DNA of 64,000 bases from a virus (lineage: Duplodnaviria; Caudoviricetes), in IMG/VR virus record IMGVR_UViG_3300033463_000088, positions 11,081-75,080 of that record. One strand, written 5' to 3'. Shown in pieces: positions 28,536 to 41,574 of the stretch. The notes below the pieces were generated by a model that saw nothing but the letters and a program-made list of their open reading frames with translations, did not search any database and was not told the origin of the DNA. Positions within the stretch are counted from its first letter, which is position 1. Each line of letters begins with the position of its first letter. The position numbers and the translations under genes were made by a program.

Positions 28536-31235
28536 TTAATTTTCTATTAACTTATTAATGCATACTGCACCAATTTTACTTAATTTTGCAGTTGATTGCC
28601 CTTCAATAACCTCATAAGTTGACACAAAATTACTCTTATCTATTGAGGTTTTTCCATAATTATAAGTGCTATCAACTTCTTCTATTCCAAGGCCAGTAAA
28701 CCAAACTGTTGCATTACCAGAGGTATCAGTTCTATTAACCTGAACCCAGAAACCATAACTATCATTTTGTGCTGCGTACCTTGTATAAATATCAAAATGA
28801 TGCCATTTACCATCCTTTAATACTTCTTCACTTGTTGTTGTTGCAGCAGGTGCCCCACCTCAACTAGTATCTCCTTTTTTACCATCTAAATATCAAGTAA
28901 CTGGAGATCAGTTATTGCTGTGCCCTAAAATATTAATTAAAGTTCCAGAATGAAGCTGTGCATCAAATGAAATATGATAGTATTTTCCATATGTAAATAA
29001 GCTGTTTGCAAATTGGAATCCAGCTCAATGTCCACTAATTTGTATTATATTATTATCAATAAAAGATGCACCTGGAAAATTAGTGCTATTTAGGTCTAAA
29101 AATTTAAAAGTATTAGATGCCTCAATAGTATTTCCAGTAAATAAATTTGCACTTCTATCAATAGCAGCTTTTCTATTATATTCAGCCACTATATCAGCGC
29201 TAGATAAGGTAGTATTATATATTTTAATATCTCCAATTATTCCATGGAATGTATAACTTCCAGCACCACTTCCACCATAATAACAAATATTTAAATTACC
29301 GGGCCATGTCGATAAATTAACCCCAGTAAAAGCATAACAATGCCATGCATCATCAAGTAATGGATAATTATTGACTTCTCCATCTCTATATGCTGTGATA
29401 CTTCCAGCACTATTATGATACCAGCCACCCCCAGAATTAACTGCAGCAAAATAATATGTTGTGCTTGTATCTTCTGCCAATAACATTTTAGGATATGCAC
29501 TTGAACTTGGATATTTAGCTCAAATAATAACAGTCCCCGTAGTTAAAAAACTAAAGTTAGATGTTTTTATATATTGATTTGTTTCTAATAAACTTAAACC
29601 TAATTTACCTGGACCACCACTAGAGCTAACAGAAAGAGCATTGTTATAGAGATTGCCATTATAGCCATAACCACTGTTGTCTATTATCCTAGGCAGCTCA
29701 AAAACTTTTATATTAGTTATATAAATATTTCTTGATCTTACACCACTTGTAAAACCAGAGTCATCAAGAATCATTTTAGTTGCATCTGTTCATTGAGATG
29801 ACTTATACTCAAATATTGCATAACAAAACCCATTTCTTAACCTTAATGTATCAGCATAACTTTGTGCACAAATTGGAAAATCTCAATAATCTGTGTAGCT
29901 AGAAAAACCACTTACGTCGCAGGTAATAACATAATATTTACCAAATGTCATTTCTTTATTAAAATGAACATAAAAATAAGTATCACCATCACTACCGCTT
30001 GTATGTAAAGAACTAGCATTATCTCGTACAACCCGGCCACCGACTGAAATGTCACTTACAAGATTGTCTGTTGGTTGATTAAAAATATCAGAGCAAACTG
30101 TTCTATTATTTTCTAAGTAACAACAAGTTACATAAACTTCATTGCCAGCAGTAACATAAATACCAACTAAATGATCATTTGTGCTACTCGGACTTGTTTT
30201 TTGTTTGATACCCTCAACTTTACAAAGGTAGAAACCATCTCCTAAAGATTCAATAGATGTTCAATGGCTATTTGGAACACTTCCATCAACTTGTCCATTT
30301 CAAGCTGGAAAACAAATACTGTCTGTAATTGGCTCACTATTTTTTGATTTAATAATTGCTTGGAATGAACGGTATCCCCCATCAAAGATGTTTTCATGAT
30401 ATAATAAATATGGATTGGTTGCTCCAGCACTATTACCAAACTTATGAGAATAATTACTAAAACCAGGGTAGATATATTTTTTATCGGTATTTTGAGCATA
30501 ATACCCTTGATTACCAGTTGAACCCCACTGACCTCAGCCACCGCTTGAAGAAGATGTATCAAATGTTGGATATGGTTCTACATTCGCAAGTATATTTATA
30601 TTTTGCTCAAAATTATAATGTAAAACTAAACCCTTTGAAATTTCTTTTACTTCTTTTTGGGATAATGCATGGTCATAAATACGAGCATCATTTAAATAAC
30701 CCGCAATAAATTTTTCACCGCCAGCATTACCACCAATATAAATATATGCACTTGATAGTGCTGGAACATATGAAGTTGTACCGGTTTTAACTAAAGCACC
30801 ATCAACATATAACTTTAAATTTGTTCCATCATATGTGCCACAAATATGATGTCAAATACCATCTTTAATTGCTGCACCTGAGTTAATATTTGTATTTGAT
30901 GACCCATTAGAAACATTAAAATATGGAATACCAGAGCTATTTATATCAATACCTACTCTAATATTATTCCAACTTGTCCCAGAAGTTCCTAAAACAAATA
31001 TTTGTGATCAAGTTGAATGACTTGTTGGAATTTTAGCTCAAATAGCAAGTGAGCAGCCATTAGAGCAAGATGATAAATCTAAAGCACTGCTATTTAAAAT
31101 AGTAGAATTAAAATAATAACAGCTTCCAAGTTTTCCAGAACTATTAACAGTTGCACCATTATTAGTTAAAGATATAGCTGAAGTGCCTTGATCATTTAAA
31201 TTACCGTTAAGAGGCCACCAATGTATTAAACTCAT
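28536..31235 (-). CDS. LamG/ConA-like lectin-domain protein (899 aa), 13 TGA
   Basis: LIHWWPLNGNLND...I[W]HHICGTYDG..LKLYVDG...LNDARIYDHALS, plus a second LamG (WHCYAFT...IGDIKIYNTTLS). One frame, closed only by TAA 28536. Confidence 0.88.
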
Positions 31236-31255
31236 ATATTCCTTTCTAATTTATA

Positions 31256-34200
31256 TTATGAAAAGATAAAATCTAAGCAAGCTTCTGCAGAATTATATTG
31301 CATTGTGCAATTTTTAATTTGAACAGAAGCATCAGCATAAACTTGACCGCTACTATTTGCAGCAAATGCACTGCCGCTACTTCCAACTTCTAATCTATTA
31401 TCACTTCTTATTAATGAACTTCCTGTATAAATACCAGAACTAAATCCACTATTTTCATTAATTCTTAGCCAACTATCACTGATATTAAATGCTCGTTTGC
31501 TATTCATATAGATATAAGAATTAGTACAGAGATTAATAATATCATTCGCATCATTTTGTTGACTAATACATAATTCTGTACCACCTGCAGCGCCACTTGT
31601 TTTTAAAGTGATAGAAGCAGCATCAGAACTATCAGAGGAGGATTCTACATATGGATTTCAATAGATACCACCAGAAGTAGATAAGTTCTTAATGTTAGTA
31701 GCAGTAACATCACTAGCAGTAATATTACCATTTGATAAGTCTAATTTAATTCTTGCTGTTCCAGAGCCAATAAATGAAATAGTATTAGGACCTTGATCAT
31801 GTCTAATACCCCAAGGATTACTTGTTCCACCAAGAGTATCATAATAAATTCAGGTATCTCCAGCAGGTGAAGCATCGCCTCTGCCAGCTCCACTTTGTAA
31901 TAAAGCATATCCAGGGCTAGCAGCATTATCATCACCAATTACATAACGAGCATTTGTTGCAGAACCAACACTTACATAAGCAGAATTATATGTTCTTAGA
32001 TAAGAATCATTACCATTAGTTCCTCAAATTCTTGCAGGAGATGATGAGTTATTTTCATCGCCAGAAGATGAATTAATATATCCAGTTAAAAGATAACCAT
32101 TACTATCTGTTCTAACAATCTTATCTGCTTCATTATTTCTTCCAGAATGTACATGAAGACCATCTACTTGATCAGCATTATCAGCATAAGCTACTCTACA
32201 GCCAGCATGAGCAGTATCACCATTATAACCATATAATACCCAGTATGTTCCATCATGGTAAGTTTGAACATTATAAGCACTATCATGGTCATTTCTATAT
32301 AATTTTGTTACGCCAGGTCTATTAGCACTTGCTCTGTCTGCTTTTTCATCATAATTTGCAATACGAACTCATGATTGTCATGTACCACTATTTTTGCCAC
32401 GAACAAATAAGCGACCATTTCGATAATCTTGTGCAATCTGTCCTACTCAACTATCACTATAAGATTGTACATATAATGCGCCATCACCAGTAGAAGCACC
32501 TAAGTCAGTAGATGGTCCGCCAGAGCTATAATAATAATGTCCATTTTTAACCGCATTATTAGCATTATGTTCAGCATTACTTTCATTTCCAGAATAGAAA
32601 GTAGTTCCATCAAAGTTATAAGTATGGTCTTCCCAAGGAACATTTACATATAATTTACCACTGCTAAGTCCTACCGCATAATTTCTATTAGTATTGTTGG
32701 TAGAAAAACCTAAGTGGTGTGTGCCTAAAAGTTCTGCACTTTCAGCCCAGGTTTCTCTTGCAGCAGCACTTCTCATAATATAAGCGCCAAGAGATTGTCT
32801 ATTAACACCAATAGCAACACCACCACCAACATCACTACCACTATAGCAGTCCATAAATAATCAATCTTTATATTGACTATTACTGTTGACAGTAGTATTC
32901 ATCATTAAGGCACCAACTTTATTTGTGCCAAAATAATTTGGATTTTGTTGACCGCCATTAGAGGTATAAGAACCAACAATAGTTGTATGGGTATGGTTAC
33001 CAGCAGCAGCATCTGTCGCACCAGTACCTAGTGGTCTCCATGTATCAGTATCAGTATCATCTCGCCATCCTGGATTACCATTAGCATCACACTTCCAAAC
33101 TTGATTAGCATTATTTGCTTTTGTTGGTGCTGCAACATAACCGGCAACACCGACAGCATTAGCAGTCCAAGTATTTGTTGAGCTAATTGTAATTTCACCA
33201 GCAGCAGTTTTAGTAACAGTTGTTGCACCACCAGCAGCTAATTTAAGAGAAGCATTTGCATTTTGAGCGAAAGATACTGCCTCAGTACCTGCGTTATCTG
33301 TAACTTTAAAAGTATAAGTATAATGATCATTATTATCTGTCCAAGGGACATTAACATAAGCTTTATTATTGCTATCTAAGACAACTGGATAATTTTTACC
33401 ATTAGCACTATAGCCAAGTTTAATGCCACCTAAAGTGCCATCACCTGCAACTTTTAAATAATATTTAGTAATAGTTTCACTAATGCCACCTGTACCATAG
33501 CCACTACCAGTAGTAAGTGCTAAGCCATCACCAGCTTCATGGCTATGTGCTGTATTAGTATCTGTATAAGAAGAACTAATTGTAATTTCTCCAGAAGCTG
33601 CAGAAACAGTGACATTTGAGCCTGGTTTAATATTTAATGATTTATCTGAATCTTGGGTAAATTTAACAGCTTCTGTTCCATTACCTTTAATTTGGAAATA
33701 CTTAGTATAATGAGTATCTTCATCATTATCAACCCAAGGAACATAAACACCTAATTTATCATTTTTATCTAACTGAACAGCATAGAATTTAGTGCTGCCA
33801 CCAGCAGTGTATGTTGCAGCATTAGTTGACTTAGTTTCATCTACTAATGCAACTTTATAGTCATAAGTTCCACTGCCAGTTCCAGCTGAACCAGACCCAA
33901 TTAAACCAACACCTGCACTATGTGAGTGTGAGGTATTTGTATTATCAGAAGCTGGTAACGTATAAGCAGTAACACCAGTAATATGTCCAGCAGCGTCAGC
34001 AGTAATTCCAGTTAAAACAACTGTAGAATTACGAGTAGCTGTGCCAGAAGATGTTACTGTTATTGCACTACCACCGCTTGGTGTATAGTGATTTCCAACA
34101 GCAGTAACACTTGTATCAGTATTATTATCTGTCCAAGGGACATTAACATAGGCGCTACCATCAGAGTTAGTTCTAACCCCATAATTTTTATTACTGCCAA

Positions 34201-34987
34201 TTGTTACATTGTCAGTTGAAGCATTAACAGTGCTAACTTTAATACCGCCAATTTCATTAGTAGCTGCTTGCTTTAGTTCATAAGTAACTTTATCAGAGGA
34301 ATTTATACCGCCAGTAGCAGAACCACTTGCAAATTTTAAACCAGTACCAACATCATGACTATGAGCAGTATTTTGTTCATCTGATGCTGGAATTTTAACT
34401 GTATGTTCAGAAATTTCAGTAACAATACCTTGAGCATTAACTCGGACATATGGAACTTTAAATGTAGAACCATAGCCTGGAGTTTGAGCAGAAGAATCAC
34501 CATAAGCATTTGCTGTAACACCAGAAGCTCCTAATGTAACAGAATGTAAACCTGATGTAGTTTGGCTACTTGAAGCAGTAATATCAGTTGAACCATCAGC
34601 TTTTTTACCAGAAACAACAGTAACACCATGAGAATTGTGTGTATTAGCCCAATAACTACCTTGCATTACCCAGCCTGTTCCATTATAAACTAATGTAACA
34701 TACATATTTGCAGCAATATGAGTTGTGCAATATTCACCCGTACGATAATAGATACGTTTTGCATCTAAGCTATTGACTTTTAAAGTACAGCCGTCAGCTG
34801 TTGCAGCATTAAATTTAACATTAATAGCAAGACCAGTGTAAAGAGCATCTACATCTGGAATAGATACAGTAAAAGCATTTGCTGTAGCAGAGGCAGTGTC
34901 ATAAAACATTGTATCTTTACTATCAGCAGGTAATGCTATATCATAACTTGTTGAACCTATAGTAAGTTGATCTATTCTATCAGCCAT
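31256..34987 (-). CDS. Long tail fibre protein (1243 aa), 7 TGA in the C-terminal part
   Basis: Track ORFs 32861, 32447 and 31256 are in one frame joined by TGA. Repeated GGIK...Y.VPW.D modules; gp-type segment QIAQDYRNGRLFVRGKNSGT[W]QS[W]. Confidence 0.85.
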
Positions 34988-35002
34988 AGTTTAAAGTCCT
35001 TT

Positions 35003-38000
35003 CTAATTCTTATCTAATCCTGTAACTATTGCATCACCTGTTGAAACATTGTCTAAGCCAAGTGAAACAGTTCCTGTTGGAACAACTTCATGAGAGTGTC
35101 CTTGAGAAGCAACAGTTTCAGTACCAACAGCAGAACCAGTAGAAGCAGTTAAATATTTAACTGTGTCTGTTCCGCTAGAAACACCTGTAATAACGCCAAT
35201 TTTACCTGTTGCGGTATTTTCAGCAAGAGATAATGCAACGGTGCCAGCAGGAGTAACTGTATGAGTGTGTTCAGCAGTTGCAACTAAAGTACCACTATCA
35301 CTTGGACTGCCAATAGATGGAGCAGCAATAAAGTATTGTGGAGTATGTGTAATGCTAGAGATAACTGAAACATTACCACCTGCATTATCATAGAGCGTAA
35401 TATTACCTGTTGCAGTAACATTATGAGTATGAGAAGCTGGAGCAACATCTACACGAGATGCAGTTGCTTGTGTAGATAAGCCAGAACTACCTGTAAATGA
35501 GGCAGTCATTCATTTATTTGTAATATCAAAAGTACCACTTGTTAAGCTGCCAACAACTGTTGTTGTGCTACCACTACCAGTAGCAACAGTATTTGCAGTT
35601 CCACCTGTAAACTTTGGATGTAAGTATTTTGTTGTAACATCTCCATTACCAATAGCAGTAACTGCAGTAACTGTACCAGTATTAGCAGTTGATTTGCCAT
35701 CAGATAAGGTAGAAGTATGATTTGGCGCTGCTTTTAATCTTGTAGTAACAGCAGACCATGAGCCACCAGAAACTTCATATTCTTGTAAATATTTAATACC
35801 ATTAGCAGCTGTTTCATTAGAAATTAAACTTGGAGCGGTTCCAGCATTTAATGTAACACCAGTTGTTTTCTTATAACTATGTGTATGAGAATGAGAAGCA
35901 ACAGTAGCAGATGCAGATTCATTACTAGCACCTTTATATGGAGCACCAGTATATTCAGTGCTTGGAGATAACGCTAAGCTACTATCATTCATAGCTGCAA
36001 CATATGGGAAGTCAGATGAATTATTAGTATTGAAATTCATAGATGGAGCAGTACCATTATTTAAAGTAACACTAGAAGTCTTACTATATGTATGTGTATG
36101 AGTTGAAGAGCTTGTGCTTTCAATATAGTTCATATTTAATGCAGCAGCAGTATCAGAAGCTTGTGAACCTTTAATACTTAATGTTCTTCTTGCAGAAGTA
36201 CCTGAGCCACTTGTAGATCTCTTCATTGTAAGATATTTTGTTTCACTACCAGTTAAAGTAGTAGCAGTTCCAGTAGCTGCAGTGTCATCATAGTTTACTG
36301 TTGCACTAGCTTTTGGAGTTGTGCCAGCGTTAAACTTCATATACTTAGGAGTATGTGTAGTATTTGAGCCAGTTAAACTATAAGTAGTATAACTATGTCT
36401 ATGAGCAGTTGATGCAACAGCTTGTCCATTACCACTATCATTTTCTGTGTCTGTATCAGTATATGTTGGAGTTGCGCTACTTGCAGGAGTAGTTCCAGCA
36501 CTCCAATGTAAATATTTAGTTGTTGGATCACCAGATGCCGCAGAGCCTGTAATATCTTTTGCAATAACAACCCCACCACTTTCGTTATCAATAGTTAAAG
36601 TAACGCTGGTAGTTTTATCATAAGTATGAGTATGACCACTTATAGCAGCAGTGCCAGTAGCAGTAGCTACGGGTAAAGTAACTGATTCAACAAATTCTAC
36701 TGGATTATTAACATCAGAAGTATCTTTTGTGCTAGAAGATGTCGGGTCTAAATTAATAGAACCACTTGGAGTATAACTATGAACATGGTCTGCTTTTGCA
36801 ACAGATGGAGTAGTAGCAGCAGTAGGTGCTTCATAATCAATACTATAAATATATTGAGGACCTGCGCCTTGAGTTGAAACACCCTCTAAAGAAACAGAAC
36901 CTGCTGGGGTATAAGTATGTGTATGTGCACCTGTTGGAACTTCAACACCTGTATAGTTTTCTGGGTAATTTGGAGTAGTTGTAATAGCACTTGTACCACT
37001 AAATGTTCCAGATAAATTTTTAGAAGTTACTGTAATGTCTTCTAAATATTTAACACTTGCTGGAATTGATGTTGAATCACTAGCAGTAGCAGTGGCTAAT
37101 GCGGCTTCTGCAGCTGCTTGTGTTGCACCAGTTTCAAAGCCAACAGAAATTGTATGAATGTGAGTACTACTAGCAACAGAAGTTGTTCCACCGCTATTTG
37201 GTGCAGTAACAGAAGTATTTGCACTATCACCTGTAAAAGCGGCACCAGCATATTGAGTTGTTCCAGATGCTCCACCAGAAGCTTCGATATAAGCAATACT
37301 TCCTTGAACATTACTATTATTTGAAGTAAGAGAAATACCATGAGTATGAGTAGATGAAGCAACAGTAGCTGTGCCACCAGAATGCTCATTTGCATCAGTA
37401 GTAGTATTTGTATTACCTGTAAAACTTGGGTGGGCATATTGAACTGTTCCACCTGTAACAACATCTCCTAAATTAACAACACCACCGGATTGACTCTTTG
37501 TATTACTATTCATTGTAATACTAGTAACGGTGCCTTCATTTGTTGTATAACCGCGAGTTGTTACATATTCCTCAGTAGCTAATTTCTTTCTTGTTGAATC
37601 ACCTGGGTCACCAGAACCAACATAAACAGAACTAGCATATAAATTACCTGATTGTTCAAAAACATTCGTATTTGTATATGTAGTAACACCATTTGCATTT
37701 TGTGAACCAGCACCAACTAATAAAAGTTTAGCGTCACTGTTTGCAGAACCAGCAGTATTTCTTGTATCAGAATTACTATCTAAAGATAATGCTGTATATA
37801 AGCCTCTATCTGCACAAATTTGATAAATACGACCTGTTGTAGTATGTAAACCTAAACCGTAAACTGTATTACTAGAAGTTGGTACAACTTTCCAAAGAAC
37901 AGCATAAGAGCTGCCATCGATAGTAACAGTAGAAATATTTGTATCAGTGCCATCAGTTGGTTTAGTAGTAGCGTCTGCAGCAATTCAACTTCTAAGTTTA

Positions 38001-38053
38001 CTTAGCGCATTATCAACTTCTTGACCAGTAAATATACTTTGATACTCTGCCAT
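35003..38053 (-). CDS. Fibre protein with about 11 His-x-His motifs (1016 aa), 2 TGA
   Basis: ATG 38053 with GGAG SD, TGA at 37985 and 35510 (NK[W]MTASF), stop TAG 35003. HTH, HIH, HVH, HRH and HSH repeats. Confidence 0.82.
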
Positions 38054-38084
38054 ATGCTGTCTCCTTCTTAAAATTAATCTCGTA

Positions 38085-38094
38085 TAATTTAGCA
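38085..38094 (-). promoter_or_regulatory. Putative late-promoter motif TGCTAAATTA
   Basis: Immediately after the 38101 terminator and 31 nt before ATG 38053. Confidence 0.65.
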
Positions 38095-38100
38095 AATAAT

Positions 38101-38132
38101 AAAAAGAAGAGCCCCTTAAAACTCTTCTTTTT
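38101..38132. terminator. Intrinsic terminator
   Basis: AAAAAGAAGAG-loop-CTCTTCTTTTT. Confidence 0.8.
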
Positions 38133-38151
38133 AATTCTATTTATTTAGCTA

Positions 38152-38679
38152 TTATTCACTAGCAATTTCAGCTGAACTGTGAACCTCATAGCCGTCTGAA
38201 CTAACAGGCTTATAAACAGTTCTTGGACCAACAACCATAAATAGCTGAGTAAAGTCTCATGAATGGTCTATACTACTCTGTGCCATTAAGCAAACTCTAT
38301 AAGTATTAGTAGAGCTTCCAATAAAAACTTCTGGAGTAATCGAGATGCTAAAATTAGTTAAAGTATTTGCAGAAATACCCTGAGTAAAATAAGCAAGATT
38401 TCCAATTCCTGGCCCATAGTCATCTGAATAACCTGTTGCTGGACTCATTGGAGTAACTCTAATTTCAAAACGATTTAATTCCATATTTGAACTAAATCTA
38501 CCTGTAATTGAATTAAATGGGCTATTATATGAAGCTCTATAGGCAGTAATACTATCAGTTGTACCACCATTAAAAGCAACGGTAATATCTTCATCTTGAT
38601 AAGTTATACTACCATTAAAAAATCCACCGTCTATAGTATGTTTAACATTAAAATAGGTAATTGTTGGAAAAATTGCCAT
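38152..38679 (-). CDS. Hypothetical beta-rich protein (175 aa), 1 TGA
   Basis: The track ORF continues through TGA 38257 to TAA 38152. Confidence 0.7.
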
Positions 38680-38753
38680 TTTTATCTCCTTATAATAGAA
38701 GTAGCTGAAAGTATTATATTACCTCCAGCTATTCTCCATATTAAATTCTTAAA

Positions 38754-41516
38754 TTATTCAGCGTCAAATTTTGTGCCAGCGACGGACCAAAGACCAGCAT
38801 TATTTTTGCCAAAGACTAATACATAATGTGTTCCATCAACATTAACTTGGTCACTTCCGCCTAAAGCTGCACGATAATCTTTACCATCAATAATAACAGT
38901 GATAGGAAGTGTAATTGGATTACCTGTTGCATTATAGTTAGCACCATTAGAACCTTGACCAGCGACTAGAGCTGCAGTAGTAATTTGTGCACCTGTTGTA
39001 GTAGCAGTTGGGAAGTCTTCATCAGCATAAGCTGCAACCTTGATTTCAACAAGATTTTGGTCTGAATTAACTGTAAATGACATTAAATCAGCATAAGTAG
39101 TTAAATCAGAAACTGTTCCCTCATTGACTGTTTTTCTAAGAACATGAACACAACTGATTCTTTCATTTGAAACATTACTAATAGTAATTTCAGCAGTATT
39201 TGGGTTATAAATGAATGAGCTAGAAGTTAATGAAGTTACGTTACCAGCATCATCTTTTAATTTACCATAAATAGTTTTTGTTTCACCGTTAGCATTTGAA
39301 CCGCTATTCGCAGTGCAATATAATGTATCAGTAGTAATTGAAGCTGCAGTTAAGGTTGTTCAAACAGCATTTGATTCAGTAACTTGAGTGCCACCATCTG
39401 TTAAGGCAAAGTCACCTCAAATTTTATATTGAACATGACTGTAAACGTCTGTTGCATCTTCATTATAAGTAATAATAACTTTAAATTCTTTATCAGCAGT
39501 TGGAGAGATTTTAGCTGTAGTACCATCAGTTTCTCTTAATACAAGAGTTCCAAGAGGTGGAGTATCGTCATATTCTCATGTTAATGTTTGAGTTGCGATA
39601 TTACCAGCTTTATCTTTAACTTCTACAATAGCACCATATGTACCACTGCCTAATTGGGAGTCAAGCTCTAGGGTATAAGTACCATTAGCTCAAGCAATCC
39701 AACCATTAGTAGCGCCACTTGCAAATGTTGTTCCAGAAGCAGCAGTAATTCTCATTTTATCAACACCGTCATTAAAGTTATCTGAAATATTTGAGACAGA
39801 AATATTTATTGATGGGCTATTTGTTGGAACACTAGTTACAATAGATGCATTAAATTCTGGAGCAGTATGGTCAACAGTAAATTGAATATGTTTATAAGCA
39901 ACATTACCAACCTGGCTAATTGCTTTAACATGTAAGAAGTTTGTAGCAGAATCTGCAACAAAAGCTTTTACAATACTAGATGATGCAACTTCTTGAGAAG
40001 CATTTGTCCAAGCAATTAAGTTAGCACCATTTGCTGGAGTTGTATCATTAGCAGTTGTATTTGTCCAAACTTGTAAATTTGCACGTCCTGAACCTGGAGC
40101 TGTTGAGTTGTTAACTGTAACAGTAATAGCATTTTCAGTAGCGGCACGATAATAGTATTGATAAGCTTCATATCCACCCAAAGCTAATGAATCGATTTCA
40201 AATGACTCTTCTATATTTACAATAACAGAATCTGATGTTGTATTTCCAGAATTATCTGTTGCAACAATTCTAATAGTATAAGCTCCTGCAGCGCTTGGTG
40301 TTTTATCAGCTTGTGCAATTTGTGCAACGCCAAAACTAAAACTTCCACCAGAAATTTCAGTTAAGGTTCTCCATTCACCTTCAGAGCCCTTCTTATAACT
40401 AAATGCTGGACTACCAGAAGCTAGACCAGAAGTAGCATCAGAACAAGTATAAGAAATAGTAGCACTATTGATTGTACCATAGCCAGCAGCAATCCATTCA
40501 TTACTTCTTGAAATAGATACAGCTGGAATAGTTGCATCATAAACCCTTGTAACAGGATTTGCAGTAGAAATATTGCCAGCAGCGTCTTTTAATTTAACAT
40601 TAACAGTTTTAGTACCATCAGTAGTAGTAAAAGCTAAGCTAGAAATAGTAATAGAAGTTGTTGCTGGTGTTGTTTGAGGTCATGTATGCCAAACAGCAGT
40701 TTCATTATTTTGAATATCACCATATAATTGATATTCAATAATATCAGTATCATTAGTATTGATAATGGCAACAAAGCCGTTATTACTTGCGTTTAAATAT
40801 TGAATTAAATCATTTTGATCACTAGCATTTGCTTTTAATGTTGTAGTAACTGTTGCAATACTTGTATCTAAATAAATAGTGCATTGACTTGTTGCAGAGT
40901 TGCCAGATCTATCATAAGCAGTAATAGTAAGAGTTTTATTACCATCTAAGGTTCCTTGCGGAAAACTTAAAGTGCCTTCATAAACATGAGTAGTAGAATT
41001 AAAGCTTGATTCATTAATAGTAACAGTGCTTGTAAAGTCAGCACAGGCAATAGTAACTTCTCTTAAACCAGATTGAATTGTGCCGGAATCAGCTGCTTCA
41101 ATATGAATACCAAAGGTTAAATCATTTGTATAACTATGGTTAGAAGTATTATCTAAGTCATAAGCATATAATGTTGCACCAATAGTTGGAGCGACAGTAT
41201 CAGATCTAACTGGACCGGAATGTTTAATAGCAGATGTATTACCAACATCATCCATAAAGATTGCATGTAAATAATAGTTTCCATCTGCATTAAAAACAAC
41301 ATTATAACTAGAAGCAGCAGGAACCCAGTTTAATCCACTTGGAACAGATGCAGTACTATTACTATCATCTGCCCAAACTTTCATATACGAGGCACCATCT
41401 GTATTAAACTCAGCAGTAATATTATTTTTAACCAACGCTTGCGTTGTAGGTGAAGTAAAAGCAGCGGCATTTGGCGCTACAGTGTCTAAAGTTAACTTAA
41501 AATTATTTGCAGACAT
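38754..41516 (-). CDS. Ig-like repeat protein (920 aa), 5 TGA
   Basis: Track ORFs 40680, 39690 and 38754 are one frame. Repeated D..GN...(D/H)T.AP Ig-like signatures. Confidence 0.85.
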
Positions 41517-41574
41517 TGGTTTTTCTCCTTTAAATAATTTGAATTATCAATTAATTTAGCTAATTTTTAGCAAT

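Noticed and set aside
26965-38053. Diversity-generating retroelement or invertase shufflon acting on the fibres
   Set aside because: No reverse transcriptase or recombinase in the window, and no near-identical template/variable repeat pair with A-specific mismatches was seen.
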